A stretch of 64,000 nucleotides of DNA from Eledone cirrhosa (lineage: Eukaryota): the NCBI GenBank assembly GCA_964016885.1, contig OZ024740.1:358918001-358982000 (forward strand). Direction: 5' to 3'. The translations under genes were made by a program, and so were the position numbers. This document shows positions 54,482-64,000 of the stretch, piece after piece. The notes below the pieces were generated by a model. That model saw only the letters and a program-made list of their open reading frames with translations, was not told the DNA's origin and ran no database searches. Numbering within the stretch: position 1 is the first letter of the stretch; every line of letters begins with the position of its first letter.

Positions 54482-55469
54482 TAATAATAATAAGAAGAAG
54501 AATAAGGGAAGAAGACGCACGAGGTGGTAGAAGGTCATGAAATTGCTCCCGTAAGTTTTTGATTTTTAACATATTTAAATCAATTGTGAAATAACAATTC
54601 TTAGTACAAATGTCGCATAAACCACCGAATGATGTCCCATAAAATTTCGGATCCATATTATATTGTTATATCGCTCAAATATTCAATTTTGTATTATATA
54701 TTTTGTATTCAAAAAAAGAAAATGGTTATAAATGGAAGAAAACACCCTCTGTCTACACTATATAGAACAGCCAAATAACAGCAATTTCACCAACACCAGA
54801 AACTTGATACACCACCTATCCCATCACACTAAATGTAACACCCAGATAACGGAAATTTCACCACCACCACCATCAATCCCGGCATGATAATAATAATTAC
54901 TATTATTATTGTCTCAAATTTTAACAAAATGTTTAATTCCAATTTTACGGGAATATGTCAACACAATATATATTAAACATACGAACACAAACTCATAGAT
55001 ACTACATAACACAAAACCAAGTAACCACAACGCCACCGCCGCCACCACCCCTACCATCATCTTGCTACCACTATCCCATCGCCGCCGCCACCACTCCTTC
55101 ATTGCTACCACCACTATTCCCCTGTTAACTTGAGAGAGAAAGGGGAAGGTGGCGGTATCACTAGACAAGGGAGAGGCTAGCAAAAGATATAAATAGATTG
55201 ACTTAGTGACCTGGCCACCGGCCAAACGTCAACATCAACAACTATGGGACTGCTGGCTCACCCCTTCCTCACCAACAATATAAAAAAAACCCGGCACCAC
55301 CACCGACATAGCCAACAACAATAACAGGCAACTACAGCAAAAAGTATATTATATTATTGTAATGCACTGGGTGATTGCTGGCCTTGTGCCTGGAGTGGAG
55401 ACAATTATTAATAATTTCATTCTTAAGCCACGCAATGCTCACATTAAGGAACCACTCATGATAATAACA

Positions 55470-58400
55470 ATTTAAAAAAAACAACAAAAAGAAAACCCCG
55501 TGACCAAGAAATACCGGGATGGCGGCCGGCGGGGAATAGCCGTGTCTCTGGGGGAGAACGACTCCTCTAGTCTTGGTTGACACTCGTTCTAGAAGTGGTA
55601 ACACGAAATGATTACCCCTTGGCGGATAAGGATAAAACGCGACAAAATAAAGTAAATGTCTAATGATAAAGTCTCATACCGGATCGGCCGTCACCCGGGT
55701 AAAAAAGGGCCGCGTCCCTCAGAGAGGAACCAGACTGGGGTCGAAAAATCAGCTAATGGTTCAAACCTTCCCATCACTTCAGAGCTGGATACCTCCCATA
55801 ACAGGAATACTCCTACTGTTGGCCCTCCATGCTCACCACCAAGAAATCCAAAGAAAAAGAGAGAAAAATGGTCAAGGGAAGATAATAAAGAAGTCCTTGA
55901 GGCTTTCTACACTGCCATGTACTGCCCATCAAATACATCGAATACAGAACAGACATATATCAACTGGAAAAAGAAACATCCCGAAAACAGAGGCTATATT
56001 GACAGTAACAAACTAGCCAATATACGAAGAAATATTGTAAGAAAAAAGTTACTAACTGATATAGAAATTGATCAGATCAAGCTATTAGCACAAAGTCAGA
56101 GAAGGGAAAATGAAACATGTGTCAGTGAAAACGAGGTAAACTGTAACACTTCGAACCCCAGAGTTGGGGCGGAATCACTGGCAACAGAACAAATTAAAGA
56201 AAGGATCGAAAAAGTGGAGGGAGTGCATGCTCAGGATGAAACTCCAAATGAAAATAATGAGATCGTAAATGATAAAGAAATGAATGAGAATGAACTTGCC
56301 AACTTGAAGGATGAAATTATGATCGAATGGATGAAAATGAAAGAATCTGACATGGGGCAACGAGACACTCTCCCTAAGATCCAGAACTCCAAACAGAACC
56401 AAAAGATAATACACAAGATTAACATAATTCTCAAAAACATTATCATCACAAACAAACTAAACATTACTGATTTAAATCATCTCTATTATGCATCGGCTAA
56501 AGTCACCACTCACCTACGTGGAGTGAAGATGAAAAACAAAGGAATTCCCACAAAAAATCTACTTGGCAAGAGAACATCAATCGCCAAATAAACCTTCTCC
56601 GATCTGACATAGAAATTTTAACAAACTATAAAGTAGGTGAACATGTTAAACAAACTAAACTTAGAAAATTGAAAAGAAAATGCAGTATAAAATCAACAAG
56701 CGACATAGACATGCTGATAGAAATAATCAAGCAAAAAGTGTCGGCCAAAGCTGCTCGTATAAGGCGCTTTGAAAAACGATCTAGATTCTATAAGGACAAT
56801 AATATGTTCAAAAACAACCAAAGAAACTTCTACAGAAAAATTGGTAAGTCAACAATAACTGCTAAATCAATACCACCCAAGGAGGAAGTGCAAGAATTCT
56901 GGGAAAAGATCTGGGCCGAAGAAAAAATTCATAATATACATGCCCATGGATAGACAGACAAATGAAAGATACAGCTCACTTGAGGAACAAGTATGGGAAA
57001 ATATAACAGTTGAACAGTTGCGTTTGGCTCTAAGAAAAACCAGCAAATGGAAATCCCCAGGAAAAGACAAAATACAACATTTTTGGATAAATGCCTTCAC
57101 AGAGTCTCATGAGCTGTTAGCCCAACTTTACAATGATATAGTTAAGGAACCAGAAAAGATACCATCATGGCTAGTTAACGGCATTACATTCCTACTTCCG
57201 AAGAATGATGAGACAAAAAATCCCTAAAATTACAGACCGATAACTTGTTTGACCACAATGTATAAAGTTTTAACATCAGTCCTAACTGAATATACATATG
57301 ACCACCTGATAACAAATGACCTATTTCCCATTGAGCAGAAAGGGTGTAAACGAGGCTCATATGGCTGTAAGGATCAGCTTTTGGTTAACAAAATAATACT
57401 GGAAGATTGTCATAATAGACACAAAAATTTATCAATTGTTTGGATAGATTATAAAAAAGCATTCGATAGTTTGCCACACAGTTAGATTGAAAAATCTTTA
57501 GAGATTTTCAAAATATCTCCCGTTGTCAGGAGGTTTTTGTCATTCAGTATGAGGACATGGAAAACGACACTCCTTTTGAATAGTGAAACAAAATCACTGG
57601 AAGCTGGAGAAGTTAATATTAATTGTGGAATTTTTCAGGGTGACTCTTTATTACCGCTTTTATTCTGCATCGCACTTATACCATTAAGTAAAATGCTCAA
57701 TGAAACAAAGCATGGATATAAAGTATATGACAAAACCATTAATCACTTGTTCTACATGGATGACCTGAAACTATTTTCAAAAAATGATGAACAATTGCAA
57801 GGGCTATTATCCACTGTGGAGCAGTTCGGTGGTGATATTAAAATGGAGTTTGGACTAGATAAATGCGCCAAAGCAACGTTCACCAGAGGAAAGCTGCTGA
57901 AGATTTCAGACATTAATCTTGATCGGGGGAATGTGATAAGAGAACCTGATCAAGAGGAAACTTACAAATATCTAGGTGTTTGTGAAGGAGACGGAATCAA
58001 GCACTCGACAATGAGGGAAAGGATAAGGAAGGAATGTTACCGCAGAGTATGAACAATCTTAAGAACGGAATTGAATGCAAGGAATAGGATCGATGCCATA
58101 AACACGCTTGCCATACCAGTAGTAACCTACAGTTACAATGTCATCAACTGGTCAAGCACAGAGATCCGTAGGCTCGATACAAAAATTCGAAAATTCTTAA
58201 CCATGCAGAGAATGCATCACCCTAAGGCAGATATAGATAGAATATATCTCCCTAGGAAAGAAGGAGGACGTGGGTTAATCCAGTTAGACATTGCGTTGAA
58301 AACTGCAACAATTGGATTATCTACATATCTAAGGGAATCACATGATTGGATGATCAAACTCGTTTTGAAACACGAAAGCATCAAAAGATCATATTCCATT

Positions 58401-59444
58401 ACAAAAGATGCACAAAGATACAGTAATGGACTACAAATTTCAGAAGTCCCATTTACTGCTGAAATGGAAAACACAGAAAAAGCAAAGCAGGTAAAAGTAA
58501 CTGCAAAGAAAGAACTGCTACAGAAACTGGCTAAGAAATGGCAAGAAAAGCCTCTGTATGGAAAATACCCAGAGTGAGCTAACAATCCTGATGTTGACAA
58601 AACTTTAACCCATCAGTGGTTGGCATCCTCTGGACTGAAATCGGAGACTGAAGGACTGATTATATCAGCACAAGATCAGTGTCTGCCAACAAAAACTTAC
58701 CAAGCCAACATAATAAAAAATGGATGCAGCCCATTATGCCGTGTATGCAAAAAACAACCAGACCATTGACCATATAATTTCAATGTGCAGTCCTATAGCT
58801 TCAACCGAATACCTAAACAGGCATGACAGAGCTGCACAATACATACATTGGATAATGTGTAAGCATTTTGACCTGCCCCATCAAAAGAATTGGTGGGAGC
58901 ATCAACCACCTCCCATACTTGAAAAAGATCACATCTCAAACTTGTGGAACTTTAGCATCCAAACAGACCGAAAAATAGATGCAAATAGACCTGATATAAT
59001 ATTGAAGGACTTTAAAAAGAGGGTATGCCTGCTAATTGATATGTCTGTTCCAATAGCCAAGAATGTATCTATAAAAACATTTGAAAAATTGAGCAAGTAT
59101 AAGGACCTGGAGATAGATATTGGAAAAATGTGGAAATTGAGAACTAAAACAATACCAGTGGTTGTAGGCGCTCTGGGAATGATACCTAAGGGGTCTAATG
59201 ATTACTTATCGCAGATCCCAGGAAACCCGCGTATAGGAGAAATACAAAAGATAGTACTAATGGGAACTGCCCATATACTAAGGAAGATTCTGTCAATATA
59301 AGTACATCACAAGTCTAAACACTAAAGATGCATGTGTGAGTATGTATGTTCTTCCTTGAACATGGCGGACCTTGTTGTCTCTTGAGTTCACTGGTTGTGA
59401 CTTGGTGATAACTCGTATGAACATAAAGCAAGATAAATGCAACT

Positions 59445-59491
<47 letters not shown>
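55470..59491 (+). mobile_element. Full-length R4/Dong-like RLE retrotransposon, inactivated by stops/frameshifts
   Basis: Single long ORF remnant 55656-59301 ([37 protein letters not shown]); (taa)n tail 59447-59491. Confidence 0.93.
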
Positions 59492-59493
<2 letters not shown>

Positions 59494-59495
<2 letters not shown>

Positions 59496-59822
59496 CTAAA
59501 ACAATACCAGTGGTTGTAGGCGCTCTGGGAATGATACCTAAGGGGTCTAACGACTACTTATCGCAAATCCCAGGAAACCCGCGTATAGGAGAAATACAAA
59601 AGATAGTACTAATGGGAACTGCCCATATACTAAGGAAGATCCTGTCAATATAAGTACATCACAAGTCTAAACACTAAAGATGCATGTGTGAATATGTATG
59701 TTCTTTCTTGAACATGGCGGACCTTGTTGTCTCTTGAGGTCACTGGTTGTGACTTGGTGATAACTCGTATGAACATAAAGCAAGATAAATGCAAATAATA
59801 ATAATAATAGTAATAATAATAA
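59494..59822 (+). mobile_element. Second 3'-end copy of same R4/Dong family
   Basis: Repeats 59142-59440 with about six substitutions and its own (taa)n tail. Confidence 0.92.
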
Positions 59823-59946
59823 ATTTGAAGACTAAAATCCAAAGAGGGCTCGATAAGGATAAATATATATCAAATATATAAGAACTGTAGAGCAAATATT
59901 TATTAAAATAACAGATTAAAGTTTAAGCAAAGAATCGCTGCTTTCA

Positions 59947-60073
59947 CCCACTGATGAATTATAGGAGCCCACTTGAATATATATCTGTTGATGATATACA
60001 AGCTCCTACATAAATTGGTATAATTTCACCCAAATAGTAGGAATCCTATAATGAAACGAGACGTCCGTCTGGG
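59947..60073 (+). ncRNA. Type I hammerhead with ~77-nt stem II insertion
   Basis: ccca-CTGATGA-attatagga...tcctataat-GAAA-cg agacgtc cg-TC-tggg. Confidence 0.75.
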
Positions 60074-60244
60074 AAGATATATATATTCGATATGTCTCAT
60101 GAAATAATACAGCAAATTTTCCATGCAAAACAGTTAGTTAGCACCCCGAACGCTTAATTAGGAATATTCTCACTTATTTCCTAATGTTTGTTGAGTGAGT
60201 TGGAATTTGGCCGGAGTATCGCTAAAAAGCTTTTTCCGATAATG

Positions 60245-60297
<53 letters not shown>

Positions 60298-60507
60298 ACC
60301 GCTAGCCACGTGATGTTTTTCACCCCTTTTGTATTCGATACTAACGGTGATTAATTTGGAAATTTCGGTTGTGACTGAGGGAGTCTCTTGAAAAGCTCGG
60401 ATCCTCATGGATAATGCAACGATTAGACATTTCCACAAAGTACGAGCGATAGATAGTCGGGACTGGAGTAATTTTTGGTAACATTTATGTTTTTTTTCTT
60501 CAAATTT

Positions 60508-60718
60508 ACATTTTTGACTTAGCTCCGTTTAATTGATTATTTGTCTAGTTAATTTCTACGGACTAAGAGGAATGACTAAGTAAATTTTATCTGACTGTTC
60601 CTCATAAAGAAATATCGATAACATTTATCTGTTATTTCTTGAAAGTTACATTTTAAACTTAGCTCCGTTTAAATGATTATTTATCTAGTTAATTTCTACG
60701 GACTAAGAAGAAATAATT
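60508..60718. repeat. Direct repeat, ~70 bp core at 140-bp period
   Basis: acttagctccgtttaa.tgattattt.tctagttaatttctacggactaaga twice. Confidence 0.85.
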
Positions 60719-60725
60719 GGATAAA

Positions 60726-60762
<37 letters not shown>

Positions 60763-60934
60763 AAGAATATTTTCGAAACACCGAGAGGGTTTGAAATTAT
60801 TAGAAATTATTAGAAATTATTAGAAATTATTGCCGTATTTTGACTAAAGAAATTAAAGAAATTATTTAGCCTGATAGTGGGGTTAAGAACCCTCGGAGAA
60901 ATGGAAAAAGATGAGTATTGACGTACATATAAAT

Positions 60935-61080
60935 AAATCAACTAATACCTTAACACTTCACACAAATTAAACCATTTCGTTTTAATCATTTTCTAACCCA
61001 GAAAAGAGAGAGAGAGAAACAAAAAAGGAAAAAAATATATTTTTCTTCCTCATAATCGTCTCTTTCGACCTGTTTTCACA
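60935..61080 (+). mobile_element. Penelope 3' tail, same family as 22140-22290
   Basis: tttcgttttaatcattttctaacccagaaaa...cctgttttcaca then (TA)n in both places. Confidence 0.75.
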
Positions 61081-61190
61081 TATATATATATATAAATGAA
61101 GTAATTCCGTCGGAAAAGTCCAGGAAAAAAGAGTGCTCTATGTAGGTAACAGAGCTTAATAGTTATGTAATAAACAACATAAGGCAATTA

Positions 61191-61250
61191 TTTCATTTAC
61201 CAGTGGTTTCTTAAAAGCAAAAAATGTTGCTTTCAATCATCAGAATGAAA
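61191..61250 (-). ncRNA. Type I hammerhead ribozyme
   Basis: tttcatt-CTGATGA-ttgaaagcaa cattt ttgcttttaa-GAAA-ccactgg-TA-aatgaaa. Confidence 0.82.
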
Positions 61251-61398
61251 AATTCCTGGCGAATTTATTGACATTGGATTTTAAAAACAAAAATGCAATC
61301 TATATGAAAGTGAGGCTGGAGAAGGAAGAAGGAAAGGAAAAATAAAATAAAAACACACATGCAAACACACACACACACACACACACACTTATATACAT

Positions 61399-61523
<125 letters not shown>

Positions 61524-61992
61524 CACACATACATACACACACACATATACACACACACACATATACAATGCCCTAGAAAATTAAAATTGCCAAGATAACA
61601 ATAGAGTTTACCATAGCAAATTAATAATCCCAAATATTTAAAAACCCATTACCAAGGGAGTATCCCTGTGAGCGAGTTAAAGGGTCGATCGGACATGACT
61701 TGCTAGGAAGGCAGAAGGAAGTTAAATGTAATGAAAATACGTTAACATTTCGAGCGTACGCGTTGTATGATATATGCATGTGTGCACGTGAATATAAGTG
61801 TGCTTAATTGGATGTATGTATTGTTTATGTAGTGAAATGCGTGCGCGAATATGTATATAATAAAAAGGGGGAAATGTGTGTGTGATATATGTATGTATGT
61901 GTGTGAGTCTAAGTGTATTTGCTTAGTGCGGCCATAGATTTAATTTGAAAGAAAGAATGAAACGGGCCACTGAGATGTTGGAATACAGACTT

Positions 61993-62169
61993 TTAAATCA
62001 GCCATTCTGGTGCACTTCTTTCCATTCGATTATTGATCCTAGGTCTGAATTGTTTGATCAAGAGATCTCCCTTAATTCTCAGCGTGCCTATACTGCGTTT
62101 AGTAGCTAAGACTGTGGAGGTAATGTTGTCCCGGTTTCCGCATTTGATGATGTGTTTGCAGAAGAAGAG
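61993..62169 (-). pseudogene. Penelope GIY-YIG C-terminal fragment
   Basis: KHIIKC...TLRIKGDLLIKQFRPRIN; a GAAA-tgttaacg-TA half-hammerhead lies downstream at ~61738-61751 (minus). Confidence 0.65.
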
Positions 62170-62202
62170 TTGGTGTTAACACACACACACATATATATAT
62201 AC

Positions 62203-62251
<49 letters not shown>

Positions 62252-62347
62252 AAAGTTAAACAAGGTTCAATGAATAAATCAAAGAATGAGTTTTAAAATA
62301 GATTGGAAGCACTCAACAGTAATGGTTTTCCAGAGTTATTAATATTA

Positions 62348-62655
62348 ATTAAAAATATTAACAAAATAGATATTCTTGTGATCAAGTATATTTTATTATA
62401 CATATTTCAGAGGTACTGAGTTAAGTTCAACAGTACGTCCTCATCACATAAAATAAGATGATGCGACATACCCTGACATAGTAGATGGTTAAGATTCAGT
62501 CATGGTATTAACCATCTACTATGTCAGGGTATGTCATGCATCATCTTATTTTATCTGATGAGGACTTACTGTTGAACTTAACTCAGTATCTCTGAAATAT
62601 GTATAATAAAATATACTTGATCACAAGAATATCGATTTTGTTAATATTTTGAATA
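62348..62655. mobile_element. Fold-back insert (~140-bp arms) in (TA)n with hammerhead 62547-62613 (+)
   Basis: tattttat-CTGATGA-gga..tactg..cagta..tct-GAAA-tatgta-TA-ataaaata; left arm copy has core mutated to GTGATGA. Confidence 0.82.
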
Positions 62656-62670
62656 TATATATATATATAT

Positions 62671-62711
<41 letters not shown>

Positions 62712-63284
62712 ACAAATTCAGAATAGATTTTCTAAATCAATTAATACTTTACAATTCTTTCAAAACAGCAGCAAAACTATACTAATGCCATGCCAGGAAA
62801 ATATTATAGAATAAAATATAAAGTAAAACACTGTATATATTGAACATAGCTAAGTATCACCTGATAAAATTTAATTAAAAATGTAAAATTCCTGAAAACA
62901 TTTTCTCTCCCCTCAGGCTTGCTTTCGTACTAATTAATACCTGTCTAGAGGTATTGCAATTACTGATATTTAGCTTTGTTTAATACATTTCTTTTCCTAT
63001 CTATTTTATTATATGTTCCTGTCATTTGTAAGATATGACAGCTGTGCTGAAATAATTGTATGGTAATATATTATATGATTTAAGAAATATAATCCATCAT
63101 CTGAATGTGTAGTATATACTCTGTGGTATATATGTCATCTTTTTCTTTTAATCTTACATGATACCTCTTCTATAATTCTATTCATGGTGATGTTAACACA
63201 TTGCGCTTAAATGTATTATTGGTGGACAATTTTAATTCTCTTTAATTAACTATGTAAATATATATATCCATATAGTTGCTTTTA

Positions 63285-63900
63285 TGGGTAGACGTTGTCT
63301 GACGCAGCACTTACAGCATTATGACTGGATACTCAAACAGCTGCTAGACCTATCGAACGTAGATATGATATATCTCGACTTTGCGAAAGCCTTCGACAAG
63401 GTTGATCATGGAATGATATGTCACAAACTACGTAGCTTTGGCACAGCTGGAAAACAAGGTGAACGGCTTCATTCCTTCCTAAAAGACAGAAGCCAGGCCG
63501 TTACAGCCAATGGAGCCCTCTTAATGGAAACGTTAATAACAAGTGGCGGCCCCATGGAACCGTCAGGGGTCCACTAGTGTTTGTCGTGGGTCTCTCAGAC
63601 ATGCAATTTGTAATACGAACAGCCTCCCTCTCGACCTATGCTGATGACATAAAAGTAGCACAGGCAATGAAGAAACCGGCTGATTACAACAAGATTTAGA
63701 CGCCATATACGGATGGGCGAAAAACAATAATATACAATTTAATGCAGGTAATTTACAAGAGACATCTCGTCAGCCTACTCTCCAAGATCCTGGATGAACC
63801 CACAGCATGAGGCGAAGTTCAAATAAGAGTAGCAGAAACAAACTCCCTTTTTCGTCAATGCCCAGCCAGGGAAAGCTGACTATAGAATGTGTAGTATCAA
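63285..63900 (+). mobile_element. CR1-group LINE RT fragment, decayed
   Basis: VDMIYLDFAKAFDKVDH, SFLKDRSQAV, YADDIK. Confidence 0.82.
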
Positions 63901-64000
63901 TGGCAGTGCCCCAGCATGGCCTCAGCCCTTCGGTTAGAAAGTGTTATAGAGTAATAGAGTAATATATATATTTGTGTGTGTTCGCGCGCGCGAGTGTGTG

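Noticed and set aside
60870-60902. ctgatag-tggggttaagaaccctc-ggagaaa hammerhead-like string
   Set aside because: Core and cleavage triplet not recoverable; at most a decayed relic
62900-62990. Strong acceptor-like ttttctctcccctcAG as next LRR exon
   Set aside because: Downstream frame lacks LRR pattern and no donor at 72 bp

Overview
AT-rich, microsatellite-dense eukaryotic DNA; the SINE content and (TA)n/(TG)n load suggest a cephalopod such as an octopus (inference). It is probably intronic: the only host coding piece I found is one 72-bp leucine-rich-repeat exon (46372-46443, +) resembling LGR4/5/rickets-type receptors. The rest is retroelement debris: three Tx1-like L1 elements (minus), R4/Dong-like RLE elements in (TAA)n, Nin-domain tRNA SINEs, Penelope GIY-YIG fragments, a hATm-like remnant, a Helitron end, and RTE and CR1 fragments. 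The main signal is non-coding. More than 20 type I hammerhead ribozyme motifs (hand-folded) lie in or beside (TA)n tracts, often in fold-back inserts. They include an 11-hammerhead, near-identical ~562-bp tandem array with a head-to-head inversion (35706-41471) and two unrelated wrap-around units of 550 and 428 nt. I infer a Penelope-mobilised, (TA)n-targeted, retrozyme-like circular-RNA system. All RNA structures were folded by eye and no activity is demonstrated.
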